Shown: piece by piece, positions 1 through 8,473 of the stretch
How positions within the stretch are numbered: the stretch's first letter is position 1
Layout: every line of letters begins with the position of its first letter
Assembly (NCBI GenBank): GCA_037388465.1
Contig: JARRKE010000005.1
Span: 5,010 to 69,009 of the forward strand
Source: Gammaproteobacteria bacterium
GTDB lineage: Bacteria > Pseudomonadota > Gammaproteobacteria > SpSt-1174
DNA length: 64,000 bases
Direction of reading: 5' to 3'
Program-made: the position numbers and the translations under genes
The notes under the pieces: model-generated
The model's database searches: none
What the model saw: the letters and a program-made list of their open reading frames with translations, nothing else
What the model was told of the DNA's origin: nothing

Positions 1-409
1 TCTGACCTGCCGGCGTTTCATGGAGAAACTGCGCCGCCTGCAGCATTCCGCCGGTGACGTCCGTATACGCACTCGGCTTGAGGTGCTTGAAGAACGTGTT
101 CAACTTTTCGCGGAACTCACGCTTTTGCGCATTCGCGACCGAGGGACGGTCGTCGAACGTGGCCTTGGCGACCAGCGCCTTCTCGGTGAAGCTGCCGCTG
201 TCGATGCGTGCCACCACCAGCGTATCGCCGCTGTTCAGGATGCCCAGCAGGTAGTTGATGATCGCATTGGCCTTGTCCAGCTGCTTGCTGTAGGTGCCGG
301 ACGTATCCAGCAGCATGTACACGGCACGGCTGTGGCTGTGATTGACACAGCCCGCCGCACTGAGCGTAACGACAAACAGCAGGACCGTTCGAATCAGCAA
401 ACGCCTCAT
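1..409 (-). CDS. VWA (von Willebrand factor A) domain lipoprotein, N-terminal part only; gene runs past the window start
   Basis: Minus-strand ORF starts at ATG 409..407 and translates MRRLLIRTVLLFVVTLSAAGC (lipobox signal peptide), then LLDTSGTYS (MIDAS-like DxSxS motif). No stop occurs before position 1. The start overlaps the upstream stop as ATGA. Confidence 0.55.
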   Translation of the reverse strand, partial: MRRLLIRTVLLFVVTLSAAGCVNHSHSRAVYMLLDTSGTYSKQLDKANAIINYLLGILNSGDTLVVARIDSGSFTEKALVAKATFDDRPSVANAQKREFREKLNTFFKHLKPSAYTDVTGGMLQAAQFLHETPAGQ

Positions 410-1884
410 GCCGCCTTCTCCGCAGGTTTGGCCGCGGTCTTGGTCTGCGGCGACTCGCTGCCCTTAGTTTCCGAAGAGGACTTGGAGGACCGCCACTCGG
501 ACACGAGGTGCTCCACCGCCAGCGGCAGAAAGATGATCAGGTCGTACAGGTGCGTCAGGCTGTTGCCCAGCGTGCGCATCACGCCCGCCAGGAGATGCAG
601 CACATAGGCCAGTCCGCGCAGCAGGCCGGCCATGACCACCCCCATCACCGTGCGCGAGGCATGGATGAATGACTCCAGCGGGATCGCCACGAAGGTCAGT
701 GCAAACGGCAGCACGAAACCCATCACCATCTGGCCGATGGAGGGAATCCAGCGGAACTGGGCCTGCTGAACGACCGTGCCGCTGGATGCGGCCAGCGACT
801 GGGTCAGCGCCTCGTGATCAGCCGCCAGCATGTCACGCATATAGGCCAGCGCGGACTCGATGCTCGCCATGGCCAGCAGGATGAAAAAGGTCACCCAGAT
901 CATGCGCCGCCGCATGCGGTCGTCCAGAGCGCCGATCACGGGGAACAGACGGGTGATGCGCAGCGACTCCATGAGGAACAGGCCCATGGCGATCTCGACC
1001 ATGATGATGACCAGCGCCGCCACATCCGCGGTGCGTACCGAACCGATGTAACTGGCCCCGCCGACCATCTCGGACATGGGCAGGGCGATCAGCTGGAAAT
1101 TGATCATGCCGCCCATGATGGCGATGACCATCACCACACCGGAAATCAGGAACTGGGTCATCGAGGAAGAGGACAGCGTGCGCACCACCCGGTCGTTGCC
1201 GGAGAGGATCTCCTCGTAGTGCGTCATCTGTTTGTCGATTTCGGTGGCGCGCTCGCCGATGCCCTTGATGGTCTTCTGCACCTCGCGGATGCGTTCGTCG
1301 AGGCGGCGCCAATAGGGCAGCATGCGCTTGAGCAGCTTGTGGCGTTCGCCGCTCGCAATGCGGTACTCGCGCGTGATGTCCTGAGTGGACCGCTTCAGGG
1401 TGTGGTGGATGTCCTGCAGGATCCGCGCGATGGTCGGATCGCCGTCGGTCGGGATCTTCGCCACCGCCTCCACGGCATCCAGCCAGGCCGGCGGTTCGGG
1501 CGGCGTTTCGGCGGTTTCGCGGTAATCCTCGTCGATATGCGTAATCTGCTCGGAGAGCTGGCGATGCAGGGCCGGATAGCTGCTCAGGTCACGGCTCACC
1601 ACGGCGTTGATGCGGTGGAACTCGCGCTCGATGATGCGCTCCTGATTCTCGGCCGCCATGGCCAGCAGCACTTCGCGGTTGCGCCGCCCGAGCCGGGTCT
1701 CGGCCAGCCTGACCGAGTGGGCCGACTTGCGCAGCGCGTTATAGAGGACATGACTCAGGGTGCGGATGAACTCATGAGCCGGACGGCGCGCCAGATACAG
1801 GGCAACCAGCAGAATGACCACCCAGATCGACACTGAGAGCGCCATGGAATGCGACCACAGGCCGAGAATTGTCTCCCAGGTCAT
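406..1884 (-). CDS. Integral membrane protein of unknown function: N-terminal TM, ~200-aa coiled-coil region, ~6 C-terminal TM helices, low-complexity K/S/A tail
   Basis: 492-aa ORF in the track. GC-rich third positions on the minus strand. The hydrophobic segments are seen by eye. No P-loop or other catalytic motif is recognised. Confidence 0.6.
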   Translation of the reverse strand: MTWETILGLWSHSMALSVSIWVVILLVALYLARRPAHEFIRTLSHVLYNALRKSAHSVRLAETRLGRRNREVLLAMAAENQERIIEREFHRINAVVSRDLSSYPALHRQLSEQITHIDEDYRETAETPPEPPAWLDAVEAVAKIPTDGDPTIARILQDIHHTLKRSTQDITREYRIASGERHKLLKRMLPYWRRLDERIREVQKTIKGIGERATEIDKQMTHYEEILSGNDRVVRTLSSSSMTQFLISGVVMVIAIMGGMINFQLIALPMSEMVGGASYIGSVRTADVAALVIIMVEIAMGLFLMESLRITRLFPVIGALDDRMRRRMIWVTFFILLAMASIESALAYMRDMLAADHEALTQSLAASSGTVVQQAQFRWIPSIGQMVMGFVLPFALTFVAIPLESFIHASRTVMGVVMAGLLRGLAYVLHLLAGVMRTLGNSLTHLYDLIIFLPLAVEHLVSEWRSSKSSSETKGSESPQTKTAAKPAEKAA

Positions 1885-2074
1885 GTTGCCTCCTAGATAT
1901 AATAGTTTGAATTAATTGAAATTATCCTAACCCGGGCAAGCCGCCCTGGCCAAATACTGGCCTGCTTTTATAGTCCATTCGCCCTATCCGGGTAAACCCG
2001 GAGGGGCTTTTGCACTCCGTCAGTAAAGATGAAACACTTGAAACTTTGATTGCAGGCCGCCCACGGATATCGAT

Positions 2075-3409
2075 ATGGACAGCACCCTGATCACCAACGC
2101 ACGCATTGTCACCGACGGACGCCAATTCGAAGGCGACGTCCTGATCGAAGGAGATCGCATCAGCGCCATCGGCGGCGATCTTTCCGCCCGCACCGCGGAC
2201 AGGGTGATCGACGCGGCCGGGCGCCTGCTCATACCGGGCATGATCGACGATCAGGTCCACTTCCGTGAGCCGGGCATGCCCGACAAGGGTGACATCGCCA
2301 CCGACTCCGCCGCTGCGGTGGCCGGCGGCATCACCAGTTTCATGGACATGCCGAACACCCGTCCGAACACCCTCACACAGGAAATACTGGAAGACAAGTA
2401 CGCCCTCGCCGCCGGGCGCGCCCACGCCAACTATGCCTTTTACCTTGGCGCCTCCAACGACAACCTGGAGGACATCAAGCGCCTCGAACCCGGCCGCGCC
2501 TGCGGCATCAAGGTCTTCATGGGCGCCTCCACCGGCAACATGCTGGTCGACAACCCCGACACCCTGGACGGCATCTTCGCGCACGCCCCGACCATGGTCG
2601 TGACCCATTGCGAGGACACCCCCACCATCCTGGCCAACGAGCAGGCATGGCGTGAACGCTACGGCGAGGACGTCCCGTTCGCCGCGCACGGGCAGATCCG
2701 CAGCGTCGAGGCCTGCTACAAATCCTCCTCGCTGGCCGTAGAGCTCGCGCGCAAACACGGCACGCGGCTGCATATCCTGCATCTGTCCACCGGTCGCGAA
2801 CTGGAGCTGTTCTCCACCCAGCCGTTGGCGGAGAAACAGATCACGGCCGAGGCCTGCGTGCATTTCCTGTGGTTCTCGGATGAGGACTATGCGGAAAAAG
2901 GCGCGCTCATCAAATGCAATCCGGCCATCAAGACCGCCGCGGACCGCGCCGCCATTCTGCAGGGCCTAAAGGACGGCCGCCTGGACGTGATCGGTACCGA
3001 TCACGCGCCGCACACCTGGGCCGAGAAACAAAACAGCTACTTCAAGGCGCCTTCCGGCCTGCCGCTGGTGCAGCATGCCCTGCCGGTGCTGCTGGAACTG
3101 CATCGCCGCGGCGACCTGGACCTGGAACTGATCGTGGAAAAGACCAGCCACGCGGTGGCCGAACGCTTCCGGATCGAGGAGCGCGGGTACATCCGCGAGG
3201 GCTACTACGCCGACCTGGCGCTGATCGATCTGGAAAAGCCCTGGACCGTGGAACGCGACAACGTATTGTACAAGTGCGGCTGGTCACCCTTCGAGGGCAC
3301 GACCTTCCACGCGACGATCGACATGACCTGGGTCAATGGCCGGCTTGCCTGGGCCGATGGCAGACTGCAGCCCGGGACGCACGGCCAGCGGCTGAAGTTC
3401 AGCGCCTAA
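2075..3409 (+). CDS. Cyclic amidohydrolase, dihydroorotase-like (PyrC type I-like; metal motif reads DDQVHFREPG)
   Basis: 444 aa. Contains GMIDDQVHFREPG, a conserved K in ACGIKVFMG, and VIGTDHAPH, the amidohydrolase-superfamily signature. No pyr genes are adjacent. Confidence 0.7.
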   Translation: MDSTLITNARIVTDGRQFEGDVLIEGDRISAIGGDLSARTADRVIDAAGRLLIPGMIDDQVHFREPGMPDKGDIATDSAAAVAGGITSFMDMPNTRPNTLTQEILEDKYALAAGRAHANYAFYLGASNDNLEDIKRLEPGRACGIKVFMGASTGNMLVDNPDTLDGIFAHAPTMVVTHCEDTPTILANEQAWRERYGEDVPFAAHGQIRSVEACYKSSSLAVELARKHGTRLHILHLSTGRELELFSTQPLAEKQITAEACVHFLWFSDEDYAEKGALIKCNPAIKTAADRAAILQGLKDGRLDVIGTDHAPHTWAEKQNSYFKAPSGLPLVQHALPVLLELHRRGDLDLELIVEKTSHAVAERFRIEERGYIREGYYADLALIDLEKPWTVERDNVLYKCGWSPFEGTTFHATIDMTWVNGRLAWADGRLQPGTHGQRLKFSA

Positions 3410-3436
3410 GGAAAATCCCGCCGTGAAGATGCGCGC

Positions 3437-4510
3437 TCACAGGCGCGTATAGGGCACCACCCGCCCCGGCCCTTCCTGGTGGGCCAGCAGCATGGCCTGG
3501 TCGGCCCGCTGCATCAGCATTTGCCCGATCTCCACCACGTCGGGCAGCTCCTCCGGGTGTTCGCAACTGGCCACGCCCACAGACACGGTGACGTCGACCC
3601 GCTGACCGTTGTGGAGCAGGACGGGCTTGATGGAGACCTGATCGCGGATTCGCTCCGCCACCCCGGTCGCGTCCTCCAGGCCGGCCTCGGGCAGCAGCAC
3701 GACGAACTCGTCCCCGCCGTAACGTGCATACACGTCGAACTTGCGCAGCGGCAGGGCCATGCGCGAAGCGACCGCGCGGATGATATCGTCCCCTGCCCGA
3801 TGCCCATGGCTGCTGTTCAGCGGTTTGAAGTCGTCGATATCGATGAACAGGAAGGAGATGGGATTCTGCTCGCGCTGCGCGGCCAGCACCTCCTCCTGCA
3901 GACGCTGGTCGAAGTAGCGCTGATTGCGGATGCCGGTCAGCGGGTCGGTGATACCGAACTGCTCGAGGCGCATCAGATTGACCGCATTCTCGATGCTGAT
4001 GGCGGCCATGACGGCCAACCGGTCCAGGAAGTACATACCGGCATCTGCGCTGTAACGGTCCGGATCGGTACTCGCGTAGGCCAGCTGACCTACACGTTTG
4101 TCGCCGCGTTTGAGGGGCAGAATCACGACGCTGGCCAGCGCTTCCACGCCGGGGAACAGCGGGCCGTGAATGAGTTCCTCGAAATCGCCCATGTAGGGCT
4201 CGTGTTCCAGCCCAATCTCGGCCTCATCTTGGGAAACCAGGACCACTTCCGGTTGCGGTTCATCGATCTCGCGGTCGAAATGGCGACGCAGTTCGTGATC
4301 ATCGTCGAGGACCGTCAGGCTGGCCGCATCGATACCGAACTCGCGCGGCACGTCGTGGATCAGCAACTCGAACAGGGAGCGGATGTCTGCGGTGGTCAGC
4401 AGGCGGATTTCCAGCGCATGCAGGCGCTCGAGCTTGCCTTCGTTCTCGCGCACCTGCGCCAGCAGCGTATCGAGCTGGCGCTTCAGATCCTGGTCGTTCT
4501 GCTGCTCCAT
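3437..4510 (-). CDS. Diguanylate cyclase with N-terminal DUF484/GAF-like domain (GGDEF intact: RYGGDEFVVLL)
   Basis: 357-aa ORF. DPLTGIRNQRYF, DIDDFKPLNSSHGHRAGD and GGDEF motifs are present. Confidence 0.85.
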   Translation of the reverse strand: MEQQNDQDLKRQLDTLLAQVRENEGKLERLHALEIRLLTTADIRSLFELLIHDVPREFGIDAASLTVLDDDHELRRHFDREIDEPQPEVVLVSQDEAEIGLEHEPYMGDFEELIHGPLFPGVEALASVVILPLKRGDKRVGQLAYASTDPDRYSADAGMYFLDRLAVMAAISIENAVNLMRLEQFGITDPLTGIRNQRYFDQRLQEEVLAAQREQNPISFLFIDIDDFKPLNSSHGHRAGDDIIRAVASRMALPLRKFDVYARYGGDEFVVLLPEAGLEDATGVAERIRDQVSIKPVLLHNGQRVDVTVSVGVASCEHPEELPDVVEIGQMLMQRADQAMLLAHQEGPGRVVPYTRL

Positions 4511-4519
4511 CGCCCTGCC

Positions 4520-5449
4520 TTATTCCGCCAGATCCAGCTCGCGAACCAGCCGCATGCCGAGGTTCACGTCGAGTTCGTCGCGCAACCGGGTCATGCGCGC
4601 CGCACTGCGCGCCTGGGCCGCACTGTCGAAATACGACCCGCCCTTGGTCACGATACGCTGCGTGCCGTGCAGCGGCGCCGGAGCGCCGTCCCGGTTGGCG
4701 TTGATGTGCGAATTGGTCCAGGGATTAACGGTGAACTCCCAGACGTTGCCGTGCATGTCGTGCAACCCCCAGGTATTGGCGGGTTTCTCGCCGACCTCGG
4801 CCGCGCGCTGCAGGGGGAAGCAGCGCGGCAGAAACCAGCGTCGCTTCTGCCTGGCCTCCTCGTAAGGGAAGGTGCTGTTGAAATGCGCCTCCTTGCAGGT
4901 CAGCGATGCCCCGAAATGGAAAGGCGTCAGGCTGCCCGCCCGGCAGGCATACTCCCATTCCGCCTCGGTAGGCAGGCGATAGCGCTGGCCGGTCTGCTCA
5001 CTCAGCCAATCGGCATACAACTGGGCGTCCTTGAGACGGATGTTCATCACCGGTCGGCGTCCGGAAGACCAGATCAGGTCGGAACGGATCACCCAGCCGG
5101 TATCGAGGCGGAAGCGGTCGAATTCCTCCACCGTTACCGTGTAGCGTCCCAACGCAAAGGGCCGGCCCAGGCAGACCGTGTGCTGCGGATGCTCGCTGGA
5201 CTGATGGCCGAACTCGGTGCGTAACGAGCCCATCTCGAACATCCCCGGCGGGATCATCTGCATCCAGGGCCCGGCGGAACCATCCGCCAGGGTGTCCTGG
5301 AACGCCGCGTCGACGCCGGCGCGCTCCGCCGCCACGGCTTGCCACGCCAGCAGGGCCGCCTCGTCCATATCGTGGACATAGGGCAGATCCGGTTCGCAGG
5401 GAACCTTCGATTGTCGTGCTTCCATCATCGACCGCTCAAACCTCGTCAT
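4520..5449 (-). CDS. Formylglycine-generating-enzyme (FGE-sulfatase/SUMF1) family protein
   Basis: 309 aa. Contains LHDMHGNVWEF and RLPTEAEWEYA, characteristic of the FGE fold. It ends 9 nt upstream of the GGDEF gene on the same strand. Confidence 0.85.
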   Translation of the reverse strand: MTRFERSMMEARQSKVPCEPDLPYVHDMDEAALLAWQAVAAERAGVDAAFQDTLADGSAGPWMQMIPPGMFEMGSLRTEFGHQSSEHPQHTVCLGRPFALGRYTVTVEEFDRFRLDTGWVIRSDLIWSSGRRPVMNIRLKDAQLYADWLSEQTGQRYRLPTEAEWEYACRAGSLTPFHFGASLTCKEAHFNSTFPYEEARQKRRWFLPRCFPLQRAAEVGEKPANTWGLHDMHGNVWEFTVNPWTNSHINANRDGAPAPLHGTQRIVTKGGSYFDSAAQARSAARMTRLRDELDVNLGMRLVRELDLAE

Positions 5450-5593
5450 TATCGGGGGCGATCAGGCCGCCACATGTTCGAAAAAGTATACACCGGCCGG
5501 TTCAATCCCACCGGCCGGGTCATCGGGACCCCGTGCGCGAAGATTGGTCTATATTCACTGGGGACCGCAACTTTCAAGCACAGGAGGACGCCC

Positions 5594-5818
5594 ATGAAAG
5601 TGACCCAGGACGAACAGGGGCGCGTACGGATCGAAGTCGACATCGAGACCGGCTTCAAGCTGGCCGACCAGATCCGCGAACATGCAAACGACACCACCAA
5701 CGGCTGCCTCGCCCTGGCCAGCCTGCTGCACGAGGCGTACTACAACGCCAAAAACGATTTCCGCCAACCCCCGCACGCCTTTGACGAAAAAGCGCCGAAG
5801 GCACCCAGCGCCAGCTAA
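5594..5818 (+). CDS. Small acidic hypothetical protein (~74 aa), paralogue A
   Basis: The ATG is preceded by GGAGGACGCCC (Shine-Dalgarno sequence). It aligns with the following ORF (DEQGRVRIEV..LA..E vs EDGKNVVINA..LA..E). Confidence 0.5.
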   Translation: MKVTQDEQGRVRIEVDIETGFKLADQIREHANDTTNGCLALASLLHEAYYNAKNDFRQPPHAFDEKAPKAPSAS

Positions 5819-5835
5819 GTCGGAGGAGAACATCC

Positions 5836-6042
5836 ATGAACATCGAACGCGAAGACGGCAAGAATGTGGTCATCAACGCGTCGGAAGGTACCGCAAGCGA
5901 CCTGCTGGCCGGCCTGGAAGCGCACCGCGAGGAATTCGGAGAGCTTGGCGCCCAACTGGCCCGCATGCTGCGTGACGCCGGCATCCATCCGCCTGCGGAA
6001 CCCGATCACGTCCGATACGAGTACATGCCACCCGCACATTGA
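5836..6042 (+). CDS. Small acidic hypothetical protein (68 aa), paralogue B
   Basis: The ATG is preceded by GGAGGAGAACATCC. It lies 17 nt after paralogue A. Confidence 0.5.
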   Translation: MNIEREDGKNVVINASEGTASDLLAGLEAHREEFGELGAQLARMLRDAGIHPPAEPDHVRYEYMPPAH

Positions 6043-6060
6043 CCATGCGTCAACAACGAT

Positions 6061-6095
6061 AAAGGGGCCGCAAGGCCCCTTTATCGTTTTTATCG
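6061..6095 (+). terminator. Rho-independent terminator
   Basis: Hairpin AAAGGGGCC-GCAA-GGCCCCTTT, followed by ATCGTTTTTAT. Confidence 0.6.
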
Positions 6096-6171
6096 AGGGA
6101 ACGGAGAGGGATTTTCCGGTTCCGGGATTCCTGTAAAATGTCACACCTGCTTCAGCATACGTGCCGTATGA

Positions 6172-6558
6172 ATGAAACGGATTCTAAATATAACTCACCC
6201 TGCACGGATGAAACCGATGTCTGCAACGTCCATCAATACCCTGCTGGAAAACTGGCACAACCGCAGCGAACGCGAGAAATTCAGCCATGAGTACACCGTG
6301 CGGCTCACGGCCCATGAGCAGGCCAAGATCGCCGCACTGGCCGAGATGTTTCCGGGGATGGACGAAGCGCAGATCGTGCGGGACCTGATCGCCTCCGCAC
6401 TCACCGAACTGGAAGCCGGCATGCCCTACGTGGCCGGCAACCGGGTCATCAGCGAGGACGAACAGGGCGATCCGATCTACGAGGATGCCGGCCTGACGCC
6501 CCGCTTCCTCGAACTGACCCGCAAGCACCTGCAGGACATCGAGGAACGCAAGGACTGA
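6172..6558 (+). CDS. Hypothetical protein with ribbon-helix-helix-like segment (YTVRLTAHEQAKIAALAEM); start uncertain (alternative ATG 6217)
   Basis: 128-aa ORF after the terminator. There is no partner gene; SulP sits on the opposite strand downstream. Confidence 0.45.
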   Translation: MKRILNITHPARMKPMSATSINTLLENWHNRSEREKFSHEYTVRLTAHEQAKIAALAEMFPGMDEAQIVRDLIASALTELEAGMPYVAGNRVISEDEQGDPIYEDAGLTPRFLELTRKHLQDIEERKD

Positions 6559-6567
6559 GCCGAAGAC

Positions 6568-8355
6568 TCAGCCCTTCTTGCCTTCAGCCCCCGGCAGCTC
6601 GCTGCATTCGAGGAATATCCGCTTCTTGCACTGCCGGCAGATGTCCGGGTCCAGGCGGTGCAGCGTAATGTCGTGCAGGGCGTCGGTCTTGGACATGTAC
6701 ATGTTCTCCTGGCCGATCTCGTCGCGGTAGCCGCCGCGCGTCAGCGCCTCGCAGGCCCCTTCCTTGATGCGATAGAAATACAGCCCGCCACCTATCTTGC
6801 GCCGGCTGCGCGCCTCCTGGGCGAGATACTCCGCGCCCGCCACGTCCACGAAGTTGATGCCTGAGGCCACCACCAGCAGGTGCTTCTGGCCGGAATCCTT
6901 TTCCATGTACCCGCGCAGGGTTTCGCGAATGTGGTTCACCGCACCGAAGAACACCGACCCGTCGATGCGGATGATCTTGAGCTGCGGACACTCGGGCAGC
7001 TTGGGATCGCTGTTGAACTTACGGCTGGGCAGGCTCGGATCCGGCACCCGGCTCAGGATGCGCGGACGCGAGGTCCGGTTCAGATAGGCCACCAGCGAGG
7101 CGATCACCCCCACCATGATGGCGAACTCGAGATCCATCAGCAGGGTGGAGAAGAACGTCACTCCCAGCACCACGGCCTCGGCCCGACTGGTCTTGAGGAT
7201 CAGCTTGATGTGATGGAAGTCGATCAGCCCCCAGGCGACCAGCATCAGAATACCGGCCATGGCGGCATTGGGCAGGTAGCTCGCATAGGGCGCAACCAGC
7301 AGCACCACGCCCATCAGCATGACACCGGCGAAGGCGGCGGCCAGCGGCGTGCGGGCACCCGCCTCGTAGTTCACGCCGGAGCGATTGAACGAGCCGGTGG
7401 CGACGTAGGCCGAGAAGAAGCTGCCGATCATGTTGGACAGCCCCTGGCCGATGAATTCCTGGTTGCCGTCGACGTGCTGGCCCGAACGCACCCCGATGGA
7501 GCGGGCGATGGAAACGGCCTCGGTCAGCGCCAGCACGGTGACCGCGATGGAGCCCGGCAGCAGCTGCTTGATGGTCTCGAGCGAAAAGGACGGCGCGGAA
7601 AGCGGCGGCAGGCTGGCCGGCAGGGCGCCCACGGTGGCAATCCCGGTGACGTCCTTGCCGTACAGCACGTTCACCACGTAGGCGGCGACGGAACCGATCA
7701 GCATGGCCGCGATCATGTAAGGCACCTTGGGGATGTACTTCTTGAAGATCAGCCCCGAGACCAGGGTCACCATACTGATCAACACCACCCAGGGATTGAT
7801 CTCCACCACGTGCTGGCCGATGTGCATGATCACCTCGTGCGGATGCAGTCCGCGCGGGATGTCCATGCCCAGGAAGTGCTTGAGCTGGCTGGAGGCGATC
7901 AGGATGGCGGCGCCGGCCGTGAAGCCGATGATGACCGAATGGGAGATGAAGTTGACCAGGGTGCCGAGACGCGCCGCCCCCATCACCAGCTGGATGAGGC
8001 CGACCAGGAAGGTCAGCGTCAGGGCGTATTTGACGAATTCGGCGCTGCCCGGCGCCGCATGGGCCGACAGCACCGACAGCAGCACGATGGATGCCGCCGT
8101 GGTGGGACCCGAAACCAGGTGCCAGGAGGAGCCGAAAAAGGCGGCCACCAGGGCCGGCACCATGGCGGTGTAAAGCCCGTATTCCAGCGGCATACCGGCG
8201 ATGGCCGCGAAGGCGACACCCTGCGGCAGCACCACGATGGCACCGGTCAGGCCGGCGACCAGATCCGACTTGGCCGTGGCGCGATTGACGCCGGGCAACC
8301 ATTCGAGGAAGGGGAAAATCGTCTTCAGCCAGGGAGCAGTCTTCTGCACAGCCAT
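6568..8355 (-). CDS. SulP/SLC26 family anion (sulfate) permease with C-terminal STAS domain
   Basis: 595 aa. Polytopic N-terminal region with GxxxGP-type SulP helices, then a STAS-like C-terminus. Confidence 0.85.
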   Translation of the reverse strand: MAVQKTAPWLKTIFPFLEWLPGVNRATAKSDLVAGLTGAIVVLPQGVAFAAIAGMPLEYGLYTAMVPALVAAFFGSSWHLVSGPTTAASIVLLSVLSAHAAPGSAEFVKYALTLTFLVGLIQLVMGAARLGTLVNFISHSVIIGFTAGAAILIASSQLKHFLGMDIPRGLHPHEVIMHIGQHVVEINPWVVLISMVTLVSGLIFKKYIPKVPYMIAAMLIGSVAAYVVNVLYGKDVTGIATVGALPASLPPLSAPSFSLETIKQLLPGSIAVTVLALTEAVSIARSIGVRSGQHVDGNQEFIGQGLSNMIGSFFSAYVATGSFNRSGVNYEAGARTPLAAAFAGVMLMGVVLLVAPYASYLPNAAMAGILMLVAWGLIDFHHIKLILKTSRAEAVVLGVTFFSTLLMDLEFAIMVGVIASLVAYLNRTSRPRILSRVPDPSLPSRKFNSDPKLPECPQLKIIRIDGSVFFGAVNHIRETLRGYMEKDSGQKHLLVVASGINFVDVAGAEYLAQEARSRRKIGGGLYFYRIKEGACEALTRGGYRDEIGQENMYMSKTDALHDITLHRLDPDICRQCKKRIFLECSELPGAEGKKG

Positions 8356-8473
8356 CGGGTCCTGTTCTCGGGTCAGCGGTCAAAGAAAGGCGGGCATTCT
8401 AGCCGATCGCCTCTCTCGCCGCATGTATTTGCCCCTGAAAACAGGGAAAAACCGGCAGGAAACGGCTGTCGGT

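Noticed and set aside
20-1836. Plus-strand ORFs 20..607 (195 aa) and 814..1836 (340 aa)
   Set aside because: They are antisense to the VWA and membrane-protein genes. R/G/H/Q-rich composition is typical of wrong-frame translation of GC-rich coding DNA.
3479-5224. 581-aa plus-strand ORF overlapping the GGDEF and FGE genes
   Set aside because: It is antisense to two genes with clear catalytic motifs, and its composition is low-complexity.
8356-8473. Hairpin CCCTG-AAAA-CAGGG as the pepN terminator
   Set aside because: On the pepN (minus) strand the U-run precedes rather than follows the stem, so it is not a canonical intrinsic terminator.
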